Part shown: in pieces, positions 27,240 through 36,553 of the stretch
Position numbering within the stretch: the first letter of the stretch is position 1
Layout of the letters: every line of letters begins with the position of its first letter
Origin: Escherichia coli
GTDB lineage: Bacteria; Pseudomonadota; Gammaproteobacteria; Enterobacterales; Enterobacteriaceae
Strand: one strand, 5' to 3'
NCBI RefSeq assembly: GCF_003334305.1
Contig: NZ_QOWS01000023.1
DNA: 64,000 nt
The notes under the pieces: generated by a model
Told to the model about the DNA's origin: nothing
What the model saw: only the letters and a program-made list of their open reading frames with translations
Database searches by the model: none
Program-made: the position numbers and the translations under genes

Positions 27240-29069
27240 CTACTCTTCGTCGTCGCCATCGACATGCGCACGAATCAGCGCCATAAACGGTTTACCAAAG
27301 CGTTCCAGCTTGCGCATCCCAACGCCGTTAACGCTGAGCATTTCGCTGGCGGTGATCGGCATCTGTTCAGCCATCTCAATCAAGGTTGCGTCGTTAAACA
27401 CCACGTACGGCGGGACATTACTTTCATCGGCAATCGATTTACGCAGTTTGCGTAATTTGGCGAACAGTTTGCGATCATAGTTGCCGCCGAACGATTTCTG
27501 CATCGCTTTCGGTTTGAGCGCCACGATACGCGGCACGGCAAGTTGCAAAGAGGATTCGCCGCGCAGCACCGGGCGCGCGGCCTCTGTCAGTTGTAGGGCA
27601 GAATGCTGGGCAATATTTTGCGTCACCAGGCCGAGGTGAATCAGCTGGCGGATCACGCTCACCCAATGTTCATGGCTTTTATCACGGCCCATGCCATAGA
27701 CTTTCAGTTTGTCATGACCATAGTCGCGGATACGCTGGTTATTAGCACCACGAATCACTTCCACCACATAACCCATCCCAAACCGCTGATTCACACGACC
27801 AATGGTGGAAAGGGCAATCTGAGCATCGGTTGAACCATCGTATTGTTTCGGCGGATCGAGGCAGATATCGCAGTTCCCGCACGGCTCCTGACGCCCTTCG
27901 CCAAAATAGTTCAGCAGTACCAGACGACGGCAAGTTTGCGCTTCGGCAAAAGCGCCCATCGCATTGAGTTTATGACGTTCGATATCCTGCAACTGCCCCT
28001 GCGGCTTCTCTTCCAGACAACGGCGCAGCCACGCCATATCGGCCGGATCGTAAAACAGCATCGCTTCCGCGGGCAGGCCATCACGCCCGGCGCGACCGGT
28101 TTCCTGATAATAGGATTCGATATTGCGCGGAATATCAAAGTGGACCACGAAGCGAACGTTTGGTTTATTGATGCCCATGCCGAACGCCACCGTCGCCACC
28201 ACAATTTGCAGGTCATCGCGCTGGAATTTTTCCTGCACATCGGCGCGAACATTATTTTCCAGCCCGGCATGATAGGCCGCCGCGCTAATTCCCTTGCTTT
28301 GCAGGCGCGCAGCGGTGTCTTCTACTTTCGCGCGGCTGTTGCAGTAGATAATGCCTGACTTACCGCGCTGTTCCTGCACGTAGCGCATCAACTGATCGAG
28401 CGGTTTGAACTTCTCCATCAGCATGTAGCGAATATTCGGACGGTCAAAACTGTTGATTTGAATCAGCGGATCGTTCAGCCCCAGCAGGCGCACGATATCC
28501 TGGCGCGTGGTGTCGTCGGCTGTGGCGGTCAGCGCCATAAACGGCAGCGTCGGGAACCGCTGGCGCAACTGACCGAGCGCGGCATATTCCGGGCGGAAAT
28601 CGTGGCCCCATTGGGAGATACAGTGCGCTTCATCAACGGCTAATAACACCGGATTCCAGTGCGCCAGATGCTCAAGAAAGTTATCCAGCATCAGGCGTTC
28701 CGGGGCGATATAAAGCAGACGAATTTGCCCGGTGCGGCAGCCTGTCATCACTTCAAGTTGCTGTTCGCGGGTTTGCGTCGAGTTAAGGCACGCCGCCGCC
28801 ACGCCGTTGGCTTGCAGTTGATCCACCTGATCTTTCATCAACGAAATCAGCGGTGAAACAACCACGGTAAGGCCGTTTAGCAATAAGGCAGGAATTTGAT
28901 AGCAAAGGGATTTTCCGCCACCGGTGGGCATGACGACCAGGCAATCGCGACCGGAAAGCACAGTGTCGATAATTTCTTCCTGGCCGGGGCGAAACTGTTG
29001 GTAGCCAAAGGTTTCTTGTAAAACCTGTTTAGCTCCGGACTCCAGATTCAACACTTCCGCCTGCGCCAC
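27240..29069 (-). CDS. recQ: ATP-dependent DNA helicase RecQ (609 aa from a GTG start; a GTG two codons upstream at 29075 is the alternative)
   Basis: DEAH helicase, RecQ zinc-binding and HRDC regions; ORF track 27240-29075. Confidence 0.93.
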   Translation of the reverse strand: MAQAEVLNLESGAKQVLQETFGYQQFRPGQEEIIDTVLSGRDCLVVMPTGGGKSLCYQIPALLLNGLTVVVSPLISLMKDQVDQLQANGVAAACLNSTQTREQQLEVMTGCRTGQIRLLYIAPERLMLDNFLEHLAHWNPVLLAVDEAHCISQWGHDFRPEYAALGQLRQRFPTLPFMALTATADDTTRQDIVRLLGLNDPLIQINSFDRPNIRYMLMEKFKPLDQLMRYVQEQRGKSGIIYCNSRAKVEDTAARLQSKGISAAAYHAGLENNVRADVQEKFQRDDLQIVVATVAFGMGINKPNVRFVVHFDIPRNIESYYQETGRAGRDGLPAEAMLFYDPADMAWLRRCLEEKPQGQLQDIERHKLNAMGAFAEAQTCRRLVLLNYFGEGRQEPCGNCDICLDPPKQYDGSTDAQIALSTIGRVNQRFGMGYVVEVIRGANNQRIRDYGHDKLKVYGMGRDKSHEHWVSVIRQLIHLGLVTQNIAQHSALQLTEAARPVLRGESSLQLAVPRIVALKPKAMQKSFGGNYDRKLFAKLRKLRKSIADESNVPPYVVFNDATLIEMAEQMPITASEMLSVNGVGMRKLERFGKPFMALIRAHVDGDDEE

Positions 29070-29087
29070 ATTCACCCCGATTGCCTG

Positions 29088-29119
29088 AAATAAAAACAGG
29101 CGCTATTTTCAGCGCCTGC
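29088..29119 (-). terminator. Rho-independent terminator downstream of pldA, immediately upstream of the recQ start
   Basis: Minus strand reads CAGGCGCT-GAAAAT-AGCGCCTG hairpin then TTTTTATTT; coordinates approximate (+/-2 bp). Confidence 0.7.
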
Positions 29120-29201
29120 ACGAGAAACTGCAATGCTTTTAGTCTCTGAGAGGGTAATCCTGGATGCTGGATTCCAGATTTGCCAACCACTCAACCGTTC
29201 A

Positions 29202-30071
29202 TCAAAACAAATCGTTTAGCATAACTCCCACACCGACACGGGTCTGGTTGAAGTTATAGTCGATGAGCGATTCGCCATAGCCGCTGTAAACCTGAGTATA
29301 AAGGCGCACATGTTTGGTGATCGGGTAACTTAAGCCTAACTCCGCGCCGCCGTAGCCGGTGTTCCAGTTGTACTGTCCTTTCGCACTGAGCACCGCATCA
29401 CCGAGGTGATAGCCGATTTTAAGCTGGTAGTAACCCATATATTTGGTGATATCCGGGTTATCGTCAGTATTACCCACCACATACCACGGCTTCACTTCTA
29501 CCAGCCAGTTACCGTTTTCTGCCATCAGGCGAGTATAAAGGCGGTTCCAGCTGCGGGAGGTCGGGTCTGAACGCCCGTTAGAGTCGTGGTTATACCCCAT
29601 CTCCACATCGCGCAGCGTCCAACCTGCAAAACGGTAATCGGTGGCAAAACCGAGGAACAATTGCGGTTCGTAGTTGGTTTCACGAAACGGTGAAGACTCT
29701 TCGCTATTGGACAGTTGCCACCAGGATTTTTGCGTATAAGATGCACCCAACACCGAGTTCGGGCCTAAAATCCCACGCCACAGTGGAAATGCCAGGCTCA
29801 ACTGAAACTTTACTTCATCCTTACGCGCATTTTCCGCCCAGTCGTAACTGGCAATCGCTTCTTTATTCAGATCGCTGGTTTGTGTGTAGATGAGGTAGTT
29901 GGTGTCATAAGGATAGAGCGTGAACGGATTGTCATGCTCCTGCAGCATATTGGCGATAATACTGCCACGCACCGCTGGCGCGTCATGCACCTCTTTCACC
30001 GTTGCCTCTTGTGCATATACTGCCATAGGCAACATAAACACCGGCAACAACCAGCCCTGCAGAGTCCGCAT
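29202..30071 (-). CDS. pldA: Outer-membrane phospholipase A, 289 aa
   Basis: Signal peptide plus beta-barrel phospholipase sequence; full-length. Confidence 0.95.
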   Translation of the reverse strand: MRTLQGWLLPVFMLPMAVYAQEATVKEVHDAPAVRGSIIANMLQEHDNPFTLYPYDTNYLIYTQTSDLNKEAIASYDWAENARKDEVKFQLSLAFPLWRGILGPNSVLGASYTQKSWWQLSNSEESSPFRETNYEPQLFLGFATDYRFAGWTLRDVEMGYNHDSNGRSDPTSRSWNRLYTRLMAENGNWLVEVKPWYVVGNTDDNPDITKYMGYYQLKIGYHLGDAVLSAKGQYNWNTGYGGAELGLSYPITKHVRLYTQVYSGYGESLIDYNFNQTRVGVGVMLNDLF

Positions 30072-30235
30072 CGGTCGTGTTCTCCGTAACGAATTATTGA
30101 TAAGGTGAATGTTTTTCTGCGGGCTATTTTACATACTTAACTCCATTGCCGTTAGTTATCCCTTCCTAAAGTAGAAACCAACAACAAAGAAGCATAAAAT
30201 CAACATTTCATTAACCAATGAAGTGTAAGGATGAT

Positions 30236-30703
30236 ATGTCTGCCGTACTGACTGCTGAACAAGCCCTGAAATTAGTGGGTGAGATGTTTGTTTATCACAT
30301 GCCATTTAACCGCGCATTGGGGATGGAACTGGAGCGTTACGAAAAAGAGTTCGCACAGCTGGCCTTTAAAAATCAGCCAATGATGGTGGGCAACTGGGCG
30401 CAAAGCATTTTGCACGGCGGGGTCATTGCGTCGGCGCTGGATGTCGCCGCCGGTCTGGTGTGCGTGGGAAGTACCTTAACCCGCCACGAAACCATCAGTG
30501 AAGATGAACTACGCCAGCGGCTATCGCGGATGGGGACCATTGATCTTCGCGTTGATTATCTGCGCCCAGGCAGGGGCGAGCGTTTTACTGCTACCAGTAG
30601 CCTGTTGCGTGCAGGCAATAAAGTCGCCGTCGCCCGCGTTGAATTACACAATGAAGAACAGCTTTATATTGCCAGTGCCACCGCCACCTATATGGTAGGT
30701 TGA
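30236..30703 (+). CDS. yigI: Hotdog-fold (PaaI-like) thioesterase YigI, 155 aa
   Basis: ORF track 30218-30703; start at 30236 (MSAVLTAEQ...). Confidence 0.85.
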   Translation: MSAVLTAEQALKLVGEMFVYHMPFNRALGMELERYEKEFAQLAFKNQPMMVGNWAQSILHGGVIASALDVAAGLVCVGSTLTRHETISEDELRQRLSRMGTIDLRVDYLRPGRGERFTATSSLLRAGNKVAVARVELHNEEQLYIASATATYMVG

Positions 30704-30754
30704 AGACATAAAAGCAGGTAAACTGCTGTTACCAATTAAAAATGAGTATTCCCG

Positions 30755-31642
30755 ATGGATGCAAAACAAACGCGGCAGGGCGTATTACTCGCTCTTGCCG
30801 CTTATTTTATTTGGGGTATTGCGCCAGCGTACTTCAAGTTGATTTACTACGTGCCCGCCGATGAAATCCTGACGCATCGCGTGATCTGGTCGTTTTTCTT
30901 TATGGTGGTGCTGATGAGTATTTGCCGCCAGTGGTCCTATTTAAAAACGCTGATTCAGACGCCACAGAAAATTTTTATGCTGGCAGTCTCTGCCGTGCTG
31001 ATTGGTGGCAACTGGCTACTGTTTATCTGGGCGGTGAACAATCACCATATGCTGGAAGCGAGCCTTGGTTACTTTATTAACCCGCTGGTGAACATTGTGC
31101 TGGGGATGATTTTCCTCGGCGAGCGATTCCGCCGGATGCAATGGCTGGCGGTGATTCTGGCGATATGTGGCGTGTTAGTCCAGCTGTGGACTTTTGGTTC
31201 GCTACCTATTATCGCGCTGGGACTGGCATTTAGTTTTGCCTTCTACGGTCTGGTACGCAAGAAGATTGCCGTTGAAGCGCAAACCGGCATGTTAATCGAA
31301 ACCATGTGGCTGCTGCCCGTGGCGGCAATTTACCTGTTTGCTATTGCCGACAGCTCAACCAGCCATATGGGGCAAAACCCGATGTCGCTGAATTTACTGC
31401 TGATCGCCGCCGGTATTGTCACTACCGTACCGCTGTTGTGTTTTACCGCCGCTGCCACGCGCTTGCGTCTCTCAACGTTAGGCTTTTTCCAGTACATTGG
31501 CCCGACGCTGATGTTCCTGCTGGCTGTGACGTTTTATGGTGAAAAACCGGGTGCCGATAAGATGGTGACTTTCGCCTTTATTTGGGTGGCGCTGGCAATT
31601 TTTGTTATGGATGCGATTTATACGCAGCGTAGAAAAAGTTAA
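30755..31642 (+). CDS. rarD: DMT-family transporter RarD, 295 aa
   Basis: Full-length polytopic membrane ORF recognised as RarD. Confidence 0.92.
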   Translation: MDAKQTRQGVLLALAAYFIWGIAPAYFKLIYYVPADEILTHRVIWSFFFMVVLMSICRQWSYLKTLIQTPQKIFMLAVSAVLIGGNWLLFIWAVNNHHMLEASLGYFINPLVNIVLGMIFLGERFRRMQWLAVILAICGVLVQLWTFGSLPIIALGLAFSFAFYGLVRKKIAVEAQTGMLIETMWLLPVAAIYLFAIADSSTSHMGQNPMSLNLLLIAAGIVTTVPLLCFTAAATRLRLSTLGFFQYIGPTLMFLLAVTFYGEKPGADKMVTFAFIWVALAIFVMDAIYTQRRKS

Positions 31643-31688
31643 GAATTAACATGGGTAGGCCGTTTAATGAGCCTACCCACTGACTTAT

Positions 31689-32033
31689 TTATCTTTTTTT
31701 GAAAAAAATTAAGATAAGAAAAAGAACAATATTTGTTACAGGAAGTACCCCCAAAACTCCCCAGTACTTACTCCATCCTAGAGACATCGTATATCTACCA
31801 AGGATTTGACAAAACCCAAAACTTAACCCTATACCTATACTTCTTAAATTTAATGTCGTAGTCAGGCTTAAAATAAATAGAACAAGGATGGTAATAGCCC
31901 ACCACAATAACCATGCCTTAACAAAATCAGATTTTTTGCTGTAAGGTTCTTTACCCAAGAACAACTGCCAAAAGTTACCATTCCCCATATAGAATCCATT
32001 CCCCAAGATATTGTTTATAGAATAAAAATACAT
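31689..32033 (-). CDS. Hypothetical small membrane protein (114 aa, 2-3 predicted TM helices); possibly YigG-like
   Basis: ATG-initiated ORF in low-GC DNA with hydrophobic stretches WLLWWAITILVLFILSL and VLGVLPVTNIVLFLILIFF; no family recognised with confidence. Confidence 0.45.
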   Translation of the reverse strand: MYFYSINNILGNGFYMGNGNFWQLFLGKEPYSKKSDFVKAWLLWWAITILVLFILSLTTTLNLRSIGIGLSFGFCQILGRYTMSLGWSKYWGVLGVLPVTNIVLFLILIFFKKR

Positions 32034-32308
32034 TCCAATTATATAATTAAAATATACCCCATCAATAAAAACTTACACACTCTAAATTACTACTGTATAG
32101 TTATCAATGCAAAGACTGCTATATTGCATATATATGCAAACCTCATAATTCAGGTAATATATATATTCAAAACAATTATATATAAAAAACAATGTAAAAA
32201 ATATTCAAATCATCCATCAGAAATATATTCTACCCATCCAGGCTTGAGCATTTATCACGCTTTCAGTTCATAATCTATACATTAACATCATGGTCAATAT
32301 TAATAACT

Positions 32309-32587
32309 TTGAATGATATCAACCTGGCTTTGAGTTTTATTCTGGTTATTAATAATACCTATGTAAATATCAATATTGGAGCAAAAAGAATAAGAGATAC
32401 TGGATGTAAGGCAATCTACTTTGTATTGATTTCATTGGGTTTGACACTTTTTTCTATTATCTCTGCAGCAATTGAAGGGGTGAGATGTGAGTCATTAAGC
32501 GTCCAACTCAACGTGGCATGGATATTATTCACAACAATTATATTATCTGCGATTCCCTCGGCTAAAATGTCGCTGTCAGCACACTAA
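32309..32587 (+). CDS. Questionable small hydrophobic ORF (92 aa, TTG start only)
   Basis: No in-frame ATG near the 5' end; the ORF depends on a TTG start; hydrophobic; AT-rich context. Confidence 0.25.
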   Translation: MNDINLALSFILVINNTYVNINIGAKRIRDTGCKAIYFVLISLGLTLFSIISAAIEGVRCESLSVQLNVAWILFTTIILSAIPSAKMSLSAH

Positions 32588-32611
32588 CTTACTCACAGCG
32601 ACATCGTATAG

Positions 32612-32749
32612 TTACAGCCAGTTCTTACGCTTAAAGTACAGATACGGTGTCAGGCCCGCAAGGATCATAAAGATAATCGCGCCAGGGTAGCCAAAGCTCC
32701 ACTTCAGTTCTGGCATAAACTCAAAGTTCATGCCATAGCTGGAGGCAAT
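32612..32749 (-). pseudogene. Duplicated 3'-end fragment of corA (last ~45 codons), fused upstream to unrelated sequence
   Basis: ~138 bp at 32612-32749 align at ~94% identity (8 mismatches) with the 3' end of intact corA (34322-34459); encodes ...[43 protein letters not shown]. Confidence 0.8.
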
Positions 32750-32938
32750 CCGCGTAGGAAAAAGTTTCCTAATCGGTAAATTCAACATTTTGTTATTAAC
32801 AATGAGCAAGACCAATCATTAACGAGGTTCTCTTCAGAGATGTAATGAAAAAATGTGAAATGTACTTCTTTTTTAAATATTTTTTTACCCTAGCATTTGT
32901 TCTCGAATTGACATTGAGCTTAAATATAACCAAGGCAA

Positions 32939-33793
32939 ATGCAAATGAATAACATATTACTTCCGCCAATTAATATTCCCTGTACACTTTTCGAAACTAT
33001 TAGTTTATTCGATGATTTTTCTGCTGATGATATGCAATATGGTGATATGGTAGAACAAGACTTTCTCTCACTCGGCCTAAGCGATATCTCAGCAAAAGTT
33101 GATCCTTACAGACTTATTAAATACCATTTCCCTGGCCCAGGTTCTATTAATGTTGCTTTTAGTGCCTCAAGTTCCGGAACAAAAATATCACAACGTGAAT
33201 GCACTGATATTTTATTTGCAGAAATGAAAGAACTAGCAAAAATGTTTTCCTTTTTTGGACAAAATAAAACACTTATCGAAGATCTGATTGAACATTTTAG
33301 ATATAGAAATGGCAGCAATTTTCATAGCCAACAATTAAATTTATCTTTTCATGAAAAAATAAATAAATATGGTTATAATAGTCCAATACGAATAATCAAA
33401 GAATGTATCGAAAATGGCATTAATTCAACTCCCTCGACAGGATACCAACCTCTTATCCTGCAAAGCATTAAAACCAAATTACTTTCATCAAGACTAAATA
33501 AATTTAATGACTTCGAGGACAGTTTTAATGGCTTAGGAATCAGTGTTCATGATATTTCAGCTCAAAAAATATCTCTTTTAAGTTTTCAAAACTACGCTAT
33601 AGGATGGAGTGCAACAATTCATTTTGTAGCACAGGACCACTTCGGTCTTGATGTAACTGATATCAAAAACAAGACTTACAGCAAATATAGATTTTTTCGC
33701 ATATGGTTCTTTTTACAACGGCATAAAGACTTTGCTTTCAAACCTTTTTTCACCAATTTTAACACTATCGAAAGAATCGAAAATTATCTATGA
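32939..33793 (+). CDS. Hypothetical cytoplasmic protein, 284 aa, acidic N-terminus; first gene of an overlapping two-gene cassette
   Basis: ATG-initiated ORF in a low-GC islet; no signal peptide; stop overlaps the next start (ATGA); family not identifiable without a search. Confidence 0.65.
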   Translation: MQMNNILLPPINIPCTLFETISLFDDFSADDMQYGDMVEQDFLSLGLSDISAKVDPYRLIKYHFPGPGSINVAFSASSSGTKISQRECTDILFAEMKELAKMFSFFGQNKTLIEDLIEHFRYRNGSNFHSQQLNLSFHEKINKYGYNSPIRIIKECIENGINSTPSTGYQPLILQSIKTKLLSSRLNKFNDFEDSFNGLGISVHDISAQKISLLSFQNYAIGWSATIHFVAQDHFGLDVTDIKNKTYSKYRFFRIWFFLQRHKDFAFKPFFTNFNTIERIENYL

Positions 33794-34269
33794 AAAGCAA
33801 ACTCCAGAAAATTATATTATGTTTATTTCTTCTATGCTGCATCTATAATTTATGGACATTGCGTCCTGTACAGATTTTGTATACATACTCTGATGCTGGC
33901 AATTCAGTCTTTCTGGTCGTTGATCATCTGCCATGGACTGACAGCGATAAAATAAATTGGTATCTGAAGCATCAGAATGAAATTAAAAATCAACATCCCC
34001 TACCAGAAGGTAGTTGGCATACCTGGTATGTCATTGATATCGGTAATGGCTTCACTGACTATAAAAAATATATCGAAGGGCCGTATGAAGATCTCTACTG
34101 TTTCCCGACAATTAAGAGCAATGATAATTGCATCGTGAAAAATTACTTAATGGTTATTAATGAATACCCTTATCGTAACACTCATATTGGTATTAACGAT
34201 TTTACTGAGTATCAATTAACACAAGAAAATAAAATAGAGCGAGTTTTCAATCCGCATGACTTTAAATAA
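33790..34269 (+). CDS. Hypothetical exported or membrane-anchored protein, 159 aa; second gene of the cassette
   Basis: N-terminal hydrophobic segment MKSKLQKIILCLFLLCCIYNLWTL; start overlaps the upstream stop by 4 bp. Confidence 0.6.
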   Translation: MKSKLQKIILCLFLLCCIYNLWTLRPVQILYTYSDAGNSVFLVVDHLPWTDSDKINWYLKHQNEIKNQHPLPEGSWHTWYVIDIGNGFTDYKKYIEGPYEDLYCFPTIKSNDNCIVKNYLMVINEYPYRNTHIGINDFTEYQLTQENKIERVFNPHDFK

Positions 34270-34322
34270 GACAATTTTTAGAAATAAGCCGGATAAAAAA
34301 ATAGCTTTATCCGGCACTCATA

Positions 34323-35273
34323 TTACAGCCAGTTCTTGCGCTTAAAGTACAGATACGGTGCCAGGCCCGCGAGGATCATAAAGATAATCGCGCCTGGGTA
34401 GCCGAAACTCCACTTCAGTTCTGGCATAAACTCAAAGTTCATCCCATAGCTGGAAGCAACGAGCGTCGGCGGCAGGAATACCACGGATACCACCGAGAAG
34501 ATTTTGATGATGCGGTTCTGCTCGATGTTGATAAAGCCCATCGCCGCCTGCATCAGGAAGTTCACCTTCTGGAACAGGGATTCGTTATGCGGCAGCAGGG
34601 ATTCGATATCTCGCAGGATTTCACGCGCCTGCTCCAGTTGCCCACCCGGTAAACGCGCCTTGCGTACCAGGAAGTTGAGCGCACGCTGGGTATCCATCAG
34701 ACACAGGCGAACTTTCCAGCCGATATCTTCCAGTTCCGCCAGCGTGGAGAGCGCCTCATCGTACTCATCGCCCTGATGCCCTTCCATAATTACCCGGCTC
34801 AACTGCTCCAGATCGCTGTAGATATTTTCAATTTCATCTGCCAGCTGTTCGATTTTGGTTTCGAACAGATCCAACAGCAGCTCGTAGGCGTTACCGTCCA
34901 CCATTGACTGGCTACGGGCGCGCATACGATACAGACGGAATGCAGGCAGTTCACGCTCACGCAGAGTAAACAGACGACCATCACGGATGGTAAATGCCAC
35001 AGTGGAGTTACCGGCGTGATCTTCCGCATCTTCAAAGAAGAAGAAGGAGTGAATATGCAGGCCGTCGTCGTCTTCAAAGAAACGTGCCGATGCTTCGATG
35101 TCTTCCAGTTCCGGGCGGGTTGCCAGGCTCTGGCCAAGTTCAGATTGTACGCGCAGTCGCTCGTCGTCGTCCGGTTCGACAAGATCAATCCATACTGCAT
35201 TTACAAGGGGTTGTGACTCTTCGACTTCCAGCCGGGTCAGTCGGTTATTTTCCAGTTGAAATGCGCTCAGCAT
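34323..35273 (-). CDS. corA: Magnesium/cobalt transport protein CorA, 316 aa
   Basis: ORF track 34323-35288; start at 35273 ([15 protein letters not shown]...); C-terminal [10 protein letters not shown] motif. Confidence 0.95.
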   Translation of the reverse strand: MLSAFQLENNRLTRLEVEESQPLVNAVWIDLVEPDDDERLRVQSELGQSLATRPELEDIEASARFFEDDDGLHIHSFFFFEDAEDHAGNSTVAFTIRDGRLFTLRERELPAFRLYRMRARSQSMVDGNAYELLLDLFETKIEQLADEIENIYSDLEQLSRVIMEGHQGDEYDEALSTLAELEDIGWKVRLCLMDTQRALNFLVRKARLPGGQLEQAREILRDIESLLPHNESLFQKVNFLMQAAMGFINIEQNRIIKIFSVVSVVFLPPTLVASSYGMNFEFMPELKWSFGYPGAIIFMILAGLAPYLYFKRKNWL

Positions 35274-35642
35274 GACCGGGACTCCCAATGCTTAAAATAT
35301 CGGACAGTTCGGTGGGCACACAGAAACAAATTGGGTTTCAGACCATTAAACAGCCTGACTCAGCGCGACGGGAAAAATTGAGGTCGCTGACAACCGCTAA
35401 GGCTATCAGCAAAAAGGGATAGCCTTAGGAGTTGATCCTGGATGACAGGATAGTGAGCCAGTATCTACTGGGTGTGTCCAAGGCGAATGTCCTCTTAGAG
35501 TGATCGTGCGCGCATGTTACGCCAGCAAAATTTTGCCGTCAACACGCAACAGAACACCACAGAACAATAGTTGAACTTCGCGCTTTTTGGTACTCGTCAA
35601 GGTCGCTAACAGGATAAAAAAATCCAACATCCAGGACCTATA

Positions 35643-36407
35643 ATGGCGCATCGGCTACTCATTGGTAAAGGAATGATCACCTTGAATCTCAAACGGATTT
35701 TTCTCACCCTCACCTTACTTCCCTTGTTTGCTGTTGCCGCTGATGATTGCGCACTCTCAGATCCGACGCTGACCGTACAGGCGTATACCGTTAATCCTCA
35801 AACAGAGCGGGTGAAAATGTACTGGCAAAAAGCCAATGGCGAAGCGTGGGGAACTTTACATGCTCTGCTGGCGGATATGAATAGTCAGGGTCAGGTGCAG
35901 ATGGCGATGAACGGCGGCATCTATGATGAAAGCTATGCGCCGCTCGGTTTGTACATCGAAAACGGTCAGCAGAAGGTGGCGTTAAATCTCGCTTCAGGTG
36001 AAGGGAATTTCTTTATCCGTCCTGGCGGCGTGTTTTATGTCGCGGGAGATAAAGTCGGCATCGTTCGTCTGGATGCCTTCAAAACCAGTAAAGAGATTCA
36101 GTTTGCGGTGCAGTCAGGGCCAATGTTGATGGAAAACAGTGTAATTAATCCGCGTATTCATCCCAACGTCGCCTCACGTAAAATTCGTAACGGTGTTGGG
36201 ATTAATAAACATGGGAATGCCGTGTTTTTGTTGAGCCAGCAGGCGACAAATTTTTATGATTTTGCCTGTTATGCCAAAGCGAAACTGAACGTTGAGCAGC
36301 TGCTTTATCTTGATGGCACGATTTCACATATGTATATGAAAGGCGGGGCAATCCCGTGGCAACGCTATCCTTTTGTCACCATGATTTCCGTAGAGCGGAA
36401 AGGTTAA
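35643..36407 (+). CDS. yigE: Exported DUF2233-type protein YigE, 254 aa
   Basis: Signal peptide plus conserved synteny between corA and uvrD. Confidence 0.85.
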   Translation: MAHRLLIGKGMITLNLKRIFLTLTLLPLFAVAADDCALSDPTLTVQAYTVNPQTERVKMYWQKANGEAWGTLHALLADMNSQGQVQMAMNGGIYDESYAPLGLYIENGQQKVALNLASGEGNFFIRPGGVFYVAGDKVGIVRLDAFKTSKEIQFAVQSGPMLMENSVINPRIHPNVASRKIRNGVGINKHGNAVFLLSQQATNFYDFACYAKAKLNVEQLLYLDGTISHMYMKGGAIPWQRYPFVTMISVERKG

Positions 36408-36443
36408 AACGATAGTTTTGTGTCAGATACTGAAGATGGCGCA

Positions 36444-36553
36444 GATGCCGGATGCGGCGTAAACGCCCTATCCGGCCTACATGACGTTGCAATTTATTGA
36501 ATATGAATGATTTTTTAGGCCAAATAAGGTGCGCAGCACCGCATCCGGCAACG
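36444..36553. repeat. REP/BIME elements between yigE and the uvrD 3' end
   Basis: GATGCCGGATGCGGCGTAAACGCCCTATCCGGCCTAC plus an inverted copy GCGCAGCACCGCATCCGGCAACG. Confidence 0.8.

Noticed and set aside
29069-29201. LexA box upstream of recQ
   Set aside because: Candidates are CTG-N9-CAG or CTGG-N10-CCAG, not the 16-bp CTGT-N8-ACAG spacing; not reported as a feature.
32612-32815. 67-aa ORF as an intact small gene
   Set aside because: Its C-terminal 45 residues are a near-copy of the CorA C-terminus, so it is a gene fragment, not an independent gene.
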